Notes: generated by a model not told the origin, from the letters alone. A stretch of 64,000 nucleotides of DNA from Fibrobacteria bacterium (GCA_037447435.1 JBBIGR010000009.1:80875-144874), one strand, 5' to 3'; positions 46,103 to 57,661 are shown, counted from the first letter of the stretch. Numbers and translations are program-made.

Positions 46103-47608
46103 TTACGAGATATCGTCTATGGTCATTTCGTCTCGGTCTTCTTTCCATGCGGAAAGTTGACGGGTACGACTCGGGTGCTTGAGTTTGGATAATGCTTTTG
46201 TTTCTATTTGGCGCACGCGTTCGCGGGAAATATGAAATGCTTCGCCGATTTCCTTGAGCGTTTTAATTCTGCCGTCGTCGAGGCCGAAGCGCATGACCAC
46301 GATTTCCCGTTCTTTGGTGGCAAGCGAATCGAGAACGCTTTTAATTTGTTCGCGAAGCTTGATAAGCGACATTCTTTGCGCTGGGTCTTCGGCTTTGGTA
46401 TCTTCGATGTATTCGCCGAAGGTTGTGTTGCCGTCGTTACCGATTTCCATGTCGAGCGATATGGGTTCCAGCGAATACTCGAGCGCCATTTGCACTTTGC
46501 TCACCGAAAAACCGAGCGCCTGGGCGATTTCTTCGTGGGTCGGTTCGACGCCGACTTCCGTGACCCGTTTTCTGCAAAACCGAATTGTTTTATTGACAAG
46601 ATCAAGCGTGTTTGCCGGTATGCGTATCGTTTTCGACTTATCGTTGATGGCTCGCGAAATCGCCTGCTTGATCCACCAGGTTGCATAGGTGGAAAATTTA
46701 TATCCTTTGCGGTAATCGAAATTTTCGACGGCTTTAATAAGCCCGCGATTACCTTCCTGGATAAGATCGATAATTTCCATGCCGCGAAGCGTGTACTTTT
46801 TTGCGATCGAAACAACGAGGCGGACATTTGCTTCGATGATCGCGCATTTCGCCTGGTTGCGCGTGTCTTCCGATTTTTGGAATTCCTTAAGCAACGCCTG
46901 GTTTTCGGACGTTTTCAGGCTTTCTTTAAATTTATCGAGTATATGCTGTATTTGTTTCGTGTTTAGATTGAGTTTGCGGCACAACGCGACGCCCTCTTTG
47001 CCGGCTTTGGAGCGGAATGTCTTTACTTTTGTCAACATCTGGGAGACGGTCGCATTTTTTTGCTTTATCTGCGCAATGGTGCGAAGAAACGCGGCGCGGA
47101 GCTTTTCGCATTCTTCGGGATTGTCGCATTGTTCGTCTTCGATTTGAAGCACGTCGACGCATTCAAGGACGTTTTTCTTGAGTTCTTGTCCTATAAGATA
47201 CAGGCTGTCCAACGCTATCTGGGAACTGAACGCCATATCGAACAATTTTTCCTGGGCATTCTCCATTTGGATCGCATATTCGGATTCCTGGTTGCGCGAT
47301 AATAACGGCACCCGGCCGACGCTGTTGAGGTACACCCAGGTCGGGTCGGCATAGCGCGGAATCCTGCGTACGGAAATGAGGCGGCGCGGCCTGCGTTCCA
47401 GTACCGGTTCTTTTTTCTCCGACACCAGCGCGTTGATGCTGATGTACTCTTTGTCCAGGATCGTTTCTATCCTGTCACGTTCTTCAATAGTCGGCGCTAA
47501 TTCCTCGATTTGGTCGGGAGTTACAAAACCTTGCAGGGATGCGAGTTTTTTCAGCCGATTCGCTATTTTCTCGATCGACAATGCGCTTTGGGTTTCGTTT
47601 GCAGCCAT
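46103..47608 (-). CDS. rpoD: RpoD-family sigma-70 factor (divergent)
   Basis: [45 protein letters not shown]; translationally coupled downstream of dnaG. Confidence 0.85.
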   Translation of the reverse strand: MAANETQSALSIEKIANRLKKLASLQGFVTPDQIEELAPTIEERDRIETILDKEYISINALVSEKKEPVLERRPRRLISVRRIPRYADPTWVYLNSVGRVPLLSRNQESEYAIQMENAQEKLFDMAFSSQIALDSLYLIGQELKKNVLECVDVLQIEDEQCDNPEECEKLRAAFLRTIAQIKQKNATVSQMLTKVKTFRSKAGKEGVALCRKLNLNTKQIQHILDKFKESLKTSENQALLKEFQKSEDTRNQAKCAIIEANVRLVVSIAKKYTLRGMEIIDLIQEGNRGLIKAVENFDYRKGYKFSTYATWWIKQAISRAINDKSKTIRIPANTLDLVNKTIRFCRKRVTEVGVEPTHEEIAQALGFSVSKVQMALEYSLEPISLDMEIGNDGNTTFGEYIEDTKAEDPAQRMSLIKLREQIKSVLDSLATKEREIVVMRFGLDDGRIKTLKEIGEAFHISRERVRQIETKALSKLKHPSRTRQLSAWKEDRDEMTIDDIS

Positions 47609-49413
47609 TAGGTGTCGGATAACGCTTTCAGTTGAGTGGAATAATCCTTTAACTTTTCCAAGAGTGCCGTCCGGTTGCGGGGTTCTCTTCTCATTTGTTC
47701 AGCGATATCGCGGATTTGTTTCTGCAGGTATTTTGCCTGCAAACGGCCCACCGAGTGGATCATTTCTTCCCGTGCATCCACGACCGGCGCTTCCTGCGCA
47801 TATGCAAAGCTGACTATGCGTTGAGTTTCCTCGTCCGTAACATTACCAAGGAGCGTTGCTAAACGAGCGTCCGAATCGAAACTCGTCAGCAGAATAGAAT
47901 ATAATTTACCGGAGAATTGATCGGAAAAAGTTTCAGGAAGAATAAACTTCCTCGCTTCGGCGATAATATGCGGGTGTTGGAGCAGCAATCGGATGAAATG
48001 CCCCTCGATGGTGCCGAAATACGAAGCGGCCGTGTCTTTGGTCATACGCGGCGCAACGGCGGTTTCCTGGGCCCCCTCTTTAATGCGTTTGAAAATCATT
48101 TCTTGAGGAAGCGAAAGCGCTTCGCTGAGTTGCTTGACAAATTCGCCTTTCACGACACTGTCGGTCAGGGTGTTGCCCAGCGGGGCCAAAGCGTTCAGTA
48201 CCGCGGATTTGCCGTACGGGGTTTCGGCATTGTGGTCGCGCACGGTTTTATTGATAATGAACGGCATATAGTCCTGGGCTGTGGCCAAAAGGTCCAAAAA
48301 CGCCTTGGGTCCGGAACTTTTGATAAAGTCGTCGGGGTCTTCGTCGTTTGGAATGGTTAAAACCCGAATATCGAAATTATACGGCGCCAGAATGGAAATC
48401 GCCCTGCGCGCGGCTTCTATGCCGGCAGAGTCTCCGTCGAATACCAAATACACCATGGGAGTAAAACGCCTGAGGGTCCGTGCATGCGCATCAGTAAAGG
48501 CTGTTCCGGCGGTGGCGATGACGTTTTTTACTCCGGCCAGAAACAGCGACAGAAAATCCATATAGCCTTCAACGATGATTGCGCTTTTCTGCTCCCGGAT
48601 GAATTGTTGTGTTATGTAAAATCCGTACAGGATTTTGCTCTTTTGATAGAGAAGCGTTTCCGGGGAGTTCAGATATTTGGGCATTGCGTCGCTTGTCATG
48701 CCCCGTCCGGCAAACCCGACCGGACGTTTCGACATGTCGAATATGGGAAACATGATGCGGTTGCGGAAACGGTCGTAAATTCTTCCCGTATCTTCTCGTT
48801 GCACCGCGAGCCCTGCGGCGACGACGGCAGCGGCGGAAACGCGTTTGCTTTTTGCAAAATCCAGAAATCCGGTCCAGTTATCGGGGGCAAAGCCGAGCCT
48901 GAAATCGCGGATTGCTTCTTTTGTGAGCCCGCGCGAAAGGAAATAGTCTATCGCTTGCTTGCTGTGCCGCGTGGATTGGTAAAAAAAATCCAAAGCCAGT
49001 TGATTGATTGATAATAATTCGGATTTCGATATTGCTCCGGCGGGTTGCCCGCCGTCGTTGGGATACTGGTCATACTGTTGAGAATGTGCATTTTGTTTGG
49101 GTGCGAGGCGAACGCCTGCTTCATCGGCAAGATGCTGCAGGGCTTCGGGAAAACTCAATCCTTCGACTTCCATGAGGAAATTGAAAACATCGCCGCCTTT
49201 ATGACAGCCGAAGCAGTAATAAATCCCTTTTGCCGGAGAAACCGTGAAAGACGGGGTTTTTTCTTTATGAAAAGGGCAAAGGCCTTTCAGGTTCTGGCCT
49301 GCGGGCTTGAGCGCGACATGCCTGCCCACGATATCGGCAATATTAATAATGGAGCGTATTTCTTCTTTTACGCTATCGTCGAAGGCTTTGTTTTGATAGG
49401 ATTGAATAGGCAT
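47608..49413 (-). CDS. dnaG: DNA primase
   Basis: [11 protein letters not shown]…CFGC zinc finger, [36 protein letters not shown]. Confidence 0.97.
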   Translation of the reverse strand: MPIQSYQNKAFDDSVKEEIRSIINIADIVGRHVALKPAGQNLKGLCPFHKEKTPSFTVSPAKGIYYCFGCHKGGDVFNFLMEVEGLSFPEALQHLADEAGVRLAPKQNAHSQQYDQYPNDGGQPAGAISKSELLSINQLALDFFYQSTRHSKQAIDYFLSRGLTKEAIRDFRLGFAPDNWTGFLDFAKSKRVSAAAVVAAGLAVQREDTGRIYDRFRNRIMFPIFDMSKRPVGFAGRGMTSDAMPKYLNSPETLLYQKSKILYGFYITQQFIREQKSAIIVEGYMDFLSLFLAGVKNVIATAGTAFTDAHARTLRRFTPMVYLVFDGDSAGIEAARRAISILAPYNFDIRVLTIPNDEDPDDFIKSSGPKAFLDLLATAQDYMPFIINKTVRDHNAETPYGKSAVLNALAPLGNTLTDSVVKGEFVKQLSEALSLPQEMIFKRIKEGAQETAVAPRMTKDTAASYFGTIEGHFIRLLLQHPHIIAEARKFILPETFSDQFSGKLYSILLTSFDSDARLATLLGNVTDEETQRIVSFAYAQEAPVVDAREEMIHSVGRLQAKYLQKQIRDIAEQMRREPRNRTALLEKLKDYSTQLKALSDT

Positions 49414-49476
49414 ATTTATGACACAAAGATAGTTGAAGGCGTATAGGGGTTGCGAAACCTGTTCCGGAAAATATTG

Positions 49477-49504
49477 CTAACACATTTCTAATGTATTCCT
49501 AACA
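49477..49504 (+). promoter_or_regulatory. Pho-box-like 11-bp direct repeats upstream of the chemoreceptor gene
   Basis: CTAAC 49477, CTAAT 49488, CTAAC 49499; same unit and spacing as upstream of the pst operon. Confidence 0.6.
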
Positions 49505-49576
49505 TAAAAATGAGGGCTGTAATTGTACAATCATTTGACGTAATAAATTTGTAAGAACCATACGTGGAGAATTAGG

Positions 49577-51250
49577 ATGTTTAAAAATTTGAAAGTCAGA
49601 ACAAAATTAATAGTGTGTTTTGCCCTTTTAGGAACAATGGCCTTGGTTATAGGGGGTGTCAACGCAATATATTTGAATAAAATTTCGCATGTTGATGTCA
49701 AGGGAATGCAATATTTGAACAGTCTCAAACTATCGCATAAAGGCATTGCAATGAGCGAGCGGGGATTGTCGATTCGTTTATTTTCGGGGGCCTTACGAAA
49801 TGCGCAATATGACGAAATCAAGGCAAGCCGGGAAACCATTACAGCGTCTCGGCAAGGATATTTCGGAGGTTTTTTAGAAAACAAAAAGGATTCTTTATGG
49901 GTCAATTATAGTTCGGTATGGCAGGATTGGAAATCGCAAAACGACTCAATCGTCAACATTTCCAAGAAAAGGGATGCTTTGATTAAAAACGGCGCAATGG
50001 TGGAGGATCAGGAAATCATTCAAATAGACGGGGACATAGTTTTAAGGGTTTTGGAAACGGAAAAGCTGCATTCGAAATGCGATGCGCTGCTCGACCTGCT
50101 GATCAATACTCAAACCAAAAAGGGGCTGGCCCATGCTTTATGGGGCCAAATGATAACGGTCATATTGATGGCGATGTTTCTTGCTATGACGATAATTATG
50201 GGTATATTGCTGTATTCAAGTATTGTTTCGCCTCTATTCAAAGGGCTGAATTTTGCAAGGATCGTTGCATCGGGCGATCTTACCCAACGGTTGGACATTA
50301 AAAGTAAAGATGAATTAGGTTCGCTATCGACCGCATTAAACGATATGACATTGGGGTTGAAAAATATTGTCGGCGAAATAACATCCGTATTATCACCATT
50401 GACGAAAGCATCGAGTAATTTGTCTTCGGTTTCCGGCCAAATTTCCGATAAAGCAAAAGACATGACGACAATATCGGGTTTGGTGGCGCAATCGTGCAGG
50501 GAATCCAGCGATAACACTGCTGCGGTTTCCGTCGCTTCAAAAGAATTATCCGGAGGAATCTCGACGGTCGCAACCGCAATAGAAGAAATGAATTCCTCAC
50601 TGAATGAGGTCGCCAAAAACATGCAAAAAGAATCGCAGGTCGTCAAATCCGCGGATTCGCAAATTCACTCGATAGGTTCAAGGATGAATGAATTAAAAGC
50701 TGCCGCCAAGGAAATCGGAAAAGTTTTAAAATTTATTACCGAAGTTGCGGATCAAACAAACCTGCTTTCTTTGAATGCAACGATCGAAGCGGCGAGTGCC
50801 GGAGATGCGGGAAAAGGATTTGCCGTTGTGGCGAACGAAGTCAAAGAATTGGCAAAAAAGACTAAAACGGCTACCGATGAGATCAAGCTGTTTATAGACA
50901 AATTAAATCTTCAAACCGATGAAGCTGTCAAGGAAATCCAAAGTATTACCCATACCGTTGAGGACATCAGTTCAATTTCATTTACTACCGTGAGTGCCGT
51001 TGAGGAGCAAAGTGCAACCGTTAATGAAATTGCGAGGACCGTCGGCAGCGCAGACAATTCCGCGTCCGAAATTTCGCGTAAGGTGAGCGATAGTGCAAAA
51101 GGCATATCGGAAGTGTCGAACGGCATTCAAAAGGTCGATACTGCGGCAAAAGAAACCTCCGCCGGCATTGTCGGAATCAATACGGACATTGCCGAATTGA
51201 CAAAGCTTTCCGAGAATTTGCGCAATATCGTAAATAAATTTAAAATTTGA
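49577..51250 (+). CDS. Methyl-accepting chemotaxis protein
   Basis: TM, four-helix-type periplasmic region, TM, HAMP (GDLT…DELG), [36 protein letters not shown]. Confidence 0.94.
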   Translation: MFKNLKVRTKLIVCFALLGTMALVIGGVNAIYLNKISHVDVKGMQYLNSLKLSHKGIAMSERGLSIRLFSGALRNAQYDEIKASRETITASRQGYFGGFLENKKDSLWVNYSSVWQDWKSQNDSIVNISKKRDALIKNGAMVEDQEIIQIDGDIVLRVLETEKLHSKCDALLDLLINTQTKKGLAHALWGQMITVILMAMFLAMTIIMGILLYSSIVSPLFKGLNFARIVASGDLTQRLDIKSKDELGSLSTALNDMTLGLKNIVGEITSVLSPLTKASSNLSSVSGQISDKAKDMTTISGLVAQSCRESSDNTAAVSVASKELSGGISTVATAIEEMNSSLNEVAKNMQKESQVVKSADSQIHSIGSRMNELKAAAKEIGKVLKFITEVADQTNLLSLNATIEAASAGDAGKGFAVVANEVKELAKKTKTATDEIKLFIDKLNLQTDEAVKEIQSITHTVEDISSISFTTVSAVEEQSATVNEIARTVGSADNSASEISRKVSDSAKGISEVSNGIQKVDTAAKETSAGIVGINTDIAELTKLSENLRNIVNKFKI

Positions 51251-51316
51251 CCGTTTTTTATTGCCTCATTGATAATCATCCGATACTGATTATGCCGCAA
51301 TACCTTGCATCTATTA

Positions 51317-51338
51317 TATTTCGTCTAATGGCGAAATA
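51317..51338. promoter_or_regulatory. Putative ArsR operator
   Basis: Imperfect palindrome TATTTCGTC-taat-GGCGAAATA about 35 bp upstream of arsR. Confidence 0.65.
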
Positions 51339-51373
51339 ACGAATTCATGACCCACGGATAAGGAGCGGCATAA

Positions 51374-51742
51374 TTGCAGGATTTCATTCGTATTACAAAG
51401 GCTTTGGCCGATTCGAATCGGGTGAGGGCGCTGTTGGCATTGGGCGATGGGGAATTATGCGCATGTCAAATCATAGAACTGTTAAACCTGGCCCCGTCCA
51501 CGGTTTCCAAACATATGTCCGTTCTCAAACAGGCAGGTTTGGTTCTCGGCCGCAAAACCGAACGTTGGATGTATTATCGGTTGCCCACGGAAAACGAAAA
51601 CTCAAAAATGGTCGGCGAAGTCATAAAATTGGTATTCTCGTTATTGAATTCGGATAATGCCGTTTCTTTAGATCGGGTGAATTTGAAAAAAATAACCAAA
51701 CGGAATCCCTCGAATCTCGGTAAAACTCAGCGAGGTAAATAA
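51374..51742 (+). CDS. arsR: ArsR/SmtB family repressor
   Basis: KALADSNR, ELCACQ metal-binding motif, STVSKHM…AGLV…WMYY; AAGGAG RBS with TTG start. Confidence 0.9.
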   Translation: MQDFIRITKALADSNRVRALLALGDGELCACQIIELLNLAPSTVSKHMSVLKQAGLVLGRKTERWMYYRLPTENENSKMVGEVIKLVFSLLNSDNAVSLDRVNLKKITKRNPSNLGKTQRGK

Positions 51743-52191
51743 TGGGAGAAAAATTAAAAGTTCTTTTTCTCTGTACGGGCAACTCCTGCAGAAGCCAAAT
51801 GGCGGAAGGATGGGCAAAATTCTTGAAAGGCGATAGTATTGAACCCTTTTCCGCCGGCATCGAAACCCATGGGTTAAATCCCGTAGCCATTCGGGTGATG
51901 GCAGAAGCCGGGGTCGATATTTCGAAGCAGCATTCAAAACTTATAGATGAAATCAAACAAATCGAATTTGACTGGGTTATTACCGTGTGCGACAATGCAA
52001 ATGATCATTGTCCCGTATTTCCGGGCAAGGCAAAACGCCTTCATGTGGGTTTCGATGATCCGCCGACCTTGTCGAAATACTCTAAAACTTGGGAAGAAAA
52101 ATTAACGCATTACAGGCGGATCAGGGACGAAATACGTCTATTTGTCGAGGGAATGCCTGGAAATTTATTGGAAGATTTACCTCATGGCTGA
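51742..52191 (+). CDS. arsC: Thioredoxin-coupled arsenate reductase
   Basis: [33 protein letters not shown]: all three redox cysteines present. Confidence 0.95.
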   Translation: MGEKLKVLFLCTGNSCRSQMAEGWAKFLKGDSIEPFSAGIETHGLNPVAIRVMAEAGVDISKQHSKLIDEIKQIEFDWVITVCDNANDHCPVFPGKAKRLHVGFDDPPTLSKYSKTWEEKLTHYRRIRDEIRLFVEGMPGNLLEDLPHG

Positions 52192-53227
52192 GCAAGAGAA
52201 AAAATTATCGTTCCTCGACAGTAATCTTACACTTTGGATATTTATTACAATGGGGCTCGGTGTTGCCATTGGTTGGTTATTTCCTGCAACCTCGGAATTG
52301 CTGACGCGCTTGAGTGTTGGGACTACGTCGATTCCCATAGCAATCGGCCTTATCATCATGATGTATCCGCCGCTTGCAAAAGTAAATTATCGAAAAATAG
52401 GCGGTGTTTTTTCGGACAATAAGGCGTTGGTGTTATCTCTAGTCCAGAACTGGATCGTGGGACCGATTCTCATGTTTGCCCTTGCGCTGGTGTTTTTGCG
52501 CGGGCAGCCGCATCTGATGGCCGGGGTGATCATCATCGGGCTAGCCCGATGTATTGCTATGGTTATTGTTTGGAATAGTCTGGCTAAAGGCGACAGTGAA
52601 TATGCCGCTGCGCTTGTTGCATTCAATTCCGTATTCCAGGTGCTCTTTTTTGCGGTGTACGCCTATGTGTTTGTGACCGTGTTTCCACCCTTTTTCGGCA
52701 TTGCCGGACAGGTGGTTCATGTATCGATGAAAGAAGTGGCAGCAAGCGTGGGGATTTATTTGGGCATACCGTTTGGTGCGGGCTTCTTGACGCGCATGAT
52801 TCTTGAACCTATCAAAGGAGAAGAATGGTATACCAAGCGATTCGTGCCTAAAATTGGGCCTGTCGCGCTCATCGCATTGCTTTTCACTATTCTCGTCATG
52901 TTTATCTATAAAGGCAGGGCGATTATTTCGCTGCCGCTCGATGTCGTTTTGGTGGCGATTCCGCTGTGCATGTATTTCCTTATCATGTTTTTCGGTTCCA
53001 TGTTCGTCACGAGTCGTTTGGGAATAAACTATCGGGAAGCCGTCAGTCTTTCCTTTACTGCTGCAAGTAATAATTTCGAACTTGCCATCGCAGTGGCCGT
53101 TGGCGTGTTTGGCATTGCGTCGAAAGAGGCTTTTGCGGCGGTTATCGGTCCGCTTATAGAGGTTCCGGTCATGATTGCGTTAGTCAATGTGGCGCTGAAA
53201 ATGAAAAAACGTTTTGCTGACGAATAA
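52184..53227 (+). CDS. acr3: ACR3 family arsenite efflux transporter
   Basis: [52 protein letters not shown]. Confidence 0.96.
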   Translation: MAEQEKKLSFLDSNLTLWIFITMGLGVAIGWLFPATSELLTRLSVGTTSIPIAIGLIIMMYPPLAKVNYRKIGGVFSDNKALVLSLVQNWIVGPILMFALALVFLRGQPHLMAGVIIIGLARCIAMVIVWNSLAKGDSEYAAALVAFNSVFQVLFFAVYAYVFVTVFPPFFGIAGQVVHVSMKEVAASVGIYLGIPFGAGFLTRMILEPIKGEEWYTKRFVPKIGPVALIALLFTILVMFIYKGRAIISLPLDVVLVAIPLCMYFLIMFFGSMFVTSRLGINYREAVSLSFTAASNNFELAIAVAVGVFGIASKEAFAAVIGPLIEVPVMIALVNVALKMKKRFADE

Positions 53228-53232
53228 TACCA

Positions 53233-54291
53233 ATGGTCGAGAAAGGCAATTCCGTGGCGAATTCCTGTTGTTGCAGTAAACCCGAAATCCGCAAAGCCGT
53301 TCCTTTTTGGCAATTAAAGGATTATTACGGTGCGGTAATGTGCCGAGTCAGCGACGGTTTCCGGAATAAATATCGGGTGAAGCCCGGGCTCTATACATTC
53401 GGATCCCCATCTGCCGAATCGGATGTTTTCGTTACGGCAAACTATAAGTTATCGTTTGACCTGTTGCGAAAGGATCTTGCGGGAATCGACGCATGGATTT
53501 TGGTCCTTGATACGGACGGTATCAATGTCTGGTGTGCGGCAGGAAAAGGCACATTCGGAACAAAGGAACTCGTTCGCAAAATCGAATCGGAAAAACTGAA
53601 TGAAAAAGTTTCGCATAAAAGGATACTAGTTCCGCAGCTCGGCGCTTCGGGAATAAGCGCGCATGACGTGAAAAAGAGCACGGGATTTTCCGTCGTATAC
53701 GGTCCGGTATTGTCTAAAGATATTAAAGACTTCATCGCAAACAACTATGCAAGCACATCCCGCATGCGTACGGTGACCTTTACAATTGCCGAGCGTGCGG
53801 TATTAATTCCCATAGAGGTCGTTGCCATGGTAAAAAAAGCATGGCTCATCGTACTTCTTGTCGCAATGGCATTGGGAATACAAAAGCAAGGAATCATGTT
53901 CGGTCCAATGATTCACCGCACAATGCCGCTGTTTGTCGGATTTATTTGTGCAATTTTCGCCGGTTCGGTTTTGCATCCGATCATTCTTCCGCTCAGTCCG
54001 GTTCGCTCATTTGCTTTACAAGGATTGTTTCTCGGACTATTGTGCGACGGAGTATTGCATGGTTCCGGCCTGTTTTCAGGTATGTCAATATATGGAACGG
54101 GTTCGGCATATCTCCTGGTTGCGGCATTGAGCTCCTATTTGGCTTTCAATTTCACCGGCTGCACGCCGATTGCAAATAAATCCGGCGTGAAAAAAGAACT
54201 TCGCATTGCGTTTCCGATGTATGTTGCATCCGCCGTTGCCGTAACAATCCTGATTGTTCTTTACAAACTTTCATGCGAGGCAGTCATATGA
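53233..54291 (+). CDS. hgcA: Mercury methylation corrinoid protein HgcA
   Basis: YRVKPGLY, VTANYKLSFD, diagnostic cap helix NVWCAAGK, PQLGA, C-terminal TM helices, NFTGCTP…SGVKKE. Confidence 0.95.
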   Translation: MVEKGNSVANSCCCSKPEIRKAVPFWQLKDYYGAVMCRVSDGFRNKYRVKPGLYTFGSPSAESDVFVTANYKLSFDLLRKDLAGIDAWILVLDTDGINVWCAAGKGTFGTKELVRKIESEKLNEKVSHKRILVPQLGASGISAHDVKKSTGFSVVYGPVLSKDIKDFIANNYASTSRMRTVTFTIAERAVLIPIEVVAMVKKAWLIVLLVAMALGIQKQGIMFGPMIHRTMPLFVGFICAIFAGSVLHPIILPLSPVRSFALQGLFLGLLCDGVLHGSGLFSGMSIYGTGSAYLLVAALSSYLAFNFTGCTPIANKSGVKKELRIAFPMYVASAVAVTILIVLYKLSCEAVI

Positions 54292-54593
54292 AATATTTGC
54301 AAAACGTGGCTACGATAAACGTGGCACCTGAAAAATGCACCGGGTGCGGAATATGCATGAAAGTATGCCCGCGAAACGTCCTGGAAATAAAAGATAAATG
54401 GGCTGAGGTATCGGACAGGGATTCCTGCATAGAATGCGGAGCGTGTAAAATGAATTGCGCATCCGATGCTATTTACGTTGATTCGGGCGTCGGATGTGCT
54501 ACCGCGATGATAAACGGTATTTTACGTTTTGGCGACCCGGACAAAGGAAGTTGCGGTTGCGATTCAAAATCCGGGTCAAATGGCTGCTGTTAA
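54288..54593 (+). CDS. hgcB: Mercury methylation ferredoxin HgcB
   Basis: Two CxxCxxCxxxC motifs, GVGCA, C-terminal Cys cluster ending CC; ATGA overlap with hgcA. Confidence 0.94.
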   Translation: MKYLQNVATINVAPEKCTGCGICMKVCPRNVLEIKDKWAEVSDRDSCIECGACKMNCASDAIYVDSGVGCATAMINGILRFGDPDKGSCGCDSKSGSNGCC

Positions 54594-54976
54594 GAAACCG
54601 TTTTATAGCCTTTGGAGATCCAGCTCGAAATTCCACCGCTCAAATTTACGACATTTGTAAATCCGTTTTTCTGCAAAATCCCGCAGGCCGCACTGCTTCG
54701 GGCACCGGAATGGCAATACACGAGGATTTGCTTTTCTTTAAAAGAAGCCAATTCCGCTATTCGAGCGGTAAGACTGGAAACGGGAATGAGAGTCGCATTT
54801 TTCAAATGGCCGGAATTGAATTCGTCCGCAGAACGAACGTCAAGGATTTTGACTTCTGGGTCTTGGGAAAGTTTTAAAGCGTCTTCAGCATTCATTTTAT
54901 TTAGTCCTTTGTTTTTGAGAATGTTGACAAATATGATCGTTCCAATGATTGCCGCAATGATGATGAATAATGTCAT
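54590..54976 (-). CDS. Membrane-anchored rhodanese-domain protein
   Basis: N-terminal TM, LDVR, GHLKNA, YCHSGARS, LSGGISSW. Confidence 0.9.
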   Translation of the reverse strand: MTLFIIIAAIIGTIIFVNILKNKGLNKMNAEDALKLSQDPEVKILDVRSADEFNSGHLKNATLIPVSSLTARIAELASFKEKQILVYCHSGARSSAACGILQKNGFTNVVNLSGGISSWISKGYKTVS

Positions 54977-54988
54977 TTTTAAAGTCCT

Positions 54989-57433
54989 TTAAATGAATAA
55001 ATTGTATGCCGCTTCGTCGGCCTTTTGCAAGTATGCTGCGACGCCGCCGAACTCGACTCCGTCTATCAATTCCTCCCTTTTTATTCCCATGACATCCATC
55101 GACATGGTACACGCCACAAAACGGACATTGTTTTCCTTTGCTTGCGAAATGAGTTCTTCCAGGGAATATACGTTTTTTTGCTTCATGACCGCGCGCATCA
55201 TAACGGTGCCCATTCCGGCCATGTTCATTTTCGACAATCGTGTCTTTGTGGAGCCGCGCGGCATCATCATGCCGAACATCGACTCGATAAGCGATTTTTT
55301 CACCGGGATTCTATTGCTTTTCCGTAATAAATTGAGTCCCCAAAAGGTGAAAAATAAGGTTACCTGGCTTCCCATGGACGATGCGCCGTTTGCAATGATG
55401 AATGCCGCCATCATTTTGTCCAAATCATTGGAAAAAATCACCATTGTTTTTTTATCGGATTTCGATTCGGGGATGGTACAAACGTTTACCGGTGCGCCTT
55501 TTTTTACGATAGCCGTGTAAACACCGCAATGCTGACCCAACGACACTAGGGTATTATTGGTTCGTGTACACCATGCCGGAATATCTGCCGCAAAGCCATT
55601 GTCCGTTGCCTTAATCTCAATCGAATCGCCGTCCCGAATTTCATCAATAGCCTTTTTTAATTTCGCTATTGGCCCCGGGCACTGCAGCCCGCAGGCGTCG
55701 ATTTTTTCAACCGGTTTGGTTTCATCGCTTTGCGACGGCGTCGTGCAGGAGGCTTCCCGAACCTGTTTCAAATAGGTCGCGTCATAATCGCATGTATGCG
55801 TCGCAGACCATGTTTTATAACCGCCCGACAGGTTTTTCGCCTTAAAACCGTTTTCAATGAGTACACGGGTCGCCAAATAGCCTCGTAAGCCTACCTGGCA
55901 ATACACGAATATTTCTTTGTTCTTGTCAAGTTCGTTCACGCGTTGTCGCAGCGAATCAACGGGAATGAGTATGCTGCCGGGAATCGAACCCTGTTCATGT
56001 TCGTCTTGCGTCCGAACGTCGAGCAATTGACATTTGGAACGGTCCAAGCCGGCAATGTCTTCCCCGTAAAAAACAGGCATTTTTTTTGAAAGAATATTTT
56101 GGCCGACAAACCCCGCGATATTGACCGGATCTTTTGCACTTCCGTACGGCGGTGCATAGGCAAGTTCCAACTCGCCAAGATCATTCACCGTCAGCCCGTG
56201 TCGAATTGCCGTTGCAAATACGTCTATCCGTTTATCGATACCGTCTTTGCCTATTGCCTGGGCTCCTAAAAGTTTCCCCGTATCCGGAGCAAATAAAAGC
56301 TTGATTGAAAGAGGAAAGGCCCCGGGATAATATGAGGCATGGCTTGTCGAATGAGTATATGATTTAAGGTAAGGGATTTTTAATCGTTTTGCATTTTTTT
56401 CATTCAACCCGGATACTGCCGCGGTAAGGTCGAAAATTTTACAGACTGCGGTGCCCTGCGTATTTTTGTACTCGGAATCGAAACCCGCAATATTGTCGGC
56501 AACTATTCTTCCTTGACGGTTTGCCGGGCCTGCCAAAGGTATAAGAACTTTATTTCGGCCTATAAAGTCGGTTACCTCTACGGCGTCTCCTGCAGCGAAA
56601 ACGGTAGGCACATTTGTTTGCATCCGGTTATTAACAATTATAGCGCCTCGTTCCGACAATGCAATTCCAGAAGATTTTAGAAACGCGGTATCCGGGCTTA
56701 CTCCGATTGCAAGAATTACGATATCCGCCGCAACGCTTGTGCCGTTATCCAGTTCCACCAGTGCCGGACCGACAGTATCGTCAAGGATCTTTTTCACTCC
56801 GTTGCCGAGCAGTAAACGGACACCGTTCATGGTTAGATGCTGATGAAGGCTCGCGGCCATTTCTTTGTCGGCAGGCGCAAATACCTGATCGAGCAATTCT
56901 ATTATGGTAACGTCGAGCCCCCGTTGTCGCAAACTTTCCGCCATTTCCAATCCGATAAATCCGCCGCCGATGACCACGGCCCGTTTTGCATCGCCTTTGT
57001 CAACTATCGCTTTTATGGCATCGGTGTCGGGAATTGTTCGAAGCGTATGGACTTTTGGGGAGTCCATTCCTTGAATCTGCGGACGGATAGGTTTGCATCC
57101 GGGCGATAGGACCAAAAAATCAAAATTTTCCTCGATAATAGACGAGTCGGTTTTGACCGTTATGGTTTTAGCTGCCACATCAACTCCTGTGACTTCCGAG
57201 CGGATTCGAACATCGATATCAAAGCGCTGTTTGAATTTTTGCGGGGTTTGAATGATAAGGTTTTCACGGTCTTTTATGGCTCCTCCGATAAAATAGGGAA
57301 GCCCACAATTTGCATAAGAAATATAGTCGCCTTTTTCGAAAATTATTATTTGAGCCGATTCATCCAATCTCCGCATTCTGGCCGCAAAGCTTGCGCCGCC
57401 GGCCACTCCGCCAACAACGAGAATTTTTTTCAT
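54989..57433 (-). CDS. CoA-disulfide/persulfide reductase-rhodanese-TusA-DsrE fusion
   Basis: GGVAGG, YANCGLPY, GGGFIG, YYPG, YAPPY; YCQVGLRG; GLQCPGP; FFTFWG…VACTMSMDVMG. Confidence 0.92.
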   Translation of the reverse strand: MKKILVVGGVAGGASFAARMRRLDESAQIIIFEKGDYISYANCGLPYFIGGAIKDRENLIIQTPQKFKQRFDIDVRIRSEVTGVDVAAKTITVKTDSSIIEENFDFLVLSPGCKPIRPQIQGMDSPKVHTLRTIPDTDAIKAIVDKGDAKRAVVIGGGFIGLEMAESLRQRGLDVTIIELLDQVFAPADKEMAASLHQHLTMNGVRLLLGNGVKKILDDTVGPALVELDNGTSVAADIVILAIGVSPDTAFLKSSGIALSERGAIIVNNRMQTNVPTVFAAGDAVEVTDFIGRNKVLIPLAGPANRQGRIVADNIAGFDSEYKNTQGTAVCKIFDLTAAVSGLNEKNAKRLKIPYLKSYTHSTSHASYYPGAFPLSIKLLFAPDTGKLLGAQAIGKDGIDKRIDVFATAIRHGLTVNDLGELELAYAPPYGSAKDPVNIAGFVGQNILSKKMPVFYGEDIAGLDRSKCQLLDVRTQDEHEQGSIPGSILIPVDSLRQRVNELDKNKEIFVYCQVGLRGYLATRVLIENGFKAKNLSGGYKTWSATHTCDYDATYLKQVREASCTTPSQSDETKPVEKIDACGLQCPGPIAKLKKAIDEIRDGDSIEIKATDNGFAADIPAWCTRTNNTLVSLGQHCGVYTAIVKKGAPVNVCTIPESKSDKKTMVIFSNDLDKMMAAFIIANGASSMGSQVTLFFTFWGLNLLRKSNRIPVKKSLIESMFGMMMPRGSTKTRLSKMNMAGMGTVMMRAVMKQKNVYSLEELISQAKENNVRFVACTMSMDVMGIKREELIDGVEFGGVAAYLQKADEAAYNLFI

Positions 57434-57442
57434 TATTTATCC

Positions 57443-57661
57443 TTAAATGGTTTTATCTGCAGAAACTTTGCAAGTTGATAAACCGAACATGGCATATATC
57501 GCACAAAATCCAACGAGTCCGGTAATAAGCGCTAATCCTGAAGCAATGAGAAATACAATGGCGAGAAAACCGGTCACGATTTTAAAAATCACCAATAATC
57601 CCAATAAAATTCCTAAAGAAATCCGAATTAATCGGTCTGCCACTGATTCATTTGTTTTCAT
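57443..57661 (-). CDS. DUF2892 (YgaP-like) small membrane protein
   Basis: MKTNE…DRLIR…TGLVGFCAIY…GLSTC. Confidence 0.88.
   Translation of the reverse strand: MKTNESVADRLIRISLGILLGLLVIFKIVTGFLAIVFLIASGLALITGLVGFCAIYAMFGLSTCKVSADKTI

Noticed and set aside
53233..54291. Acetyl-CoA synthase corrinoid subunit (AcsC/CdhE) rather than HgcA
   Set aside because: Short protein with C-terminal TM helices, an NVWCAAGK cap helix and an adjacent hgcB-type ferredoxin
54989..57433. Mercuric reductase MerA next to hgcAB
   Set aside because: It has the single-Cys YANCGLPY and YAPP motifs of CoA-disulfide reductases, not the CxxxxC active site and C-terminal CC of MerA
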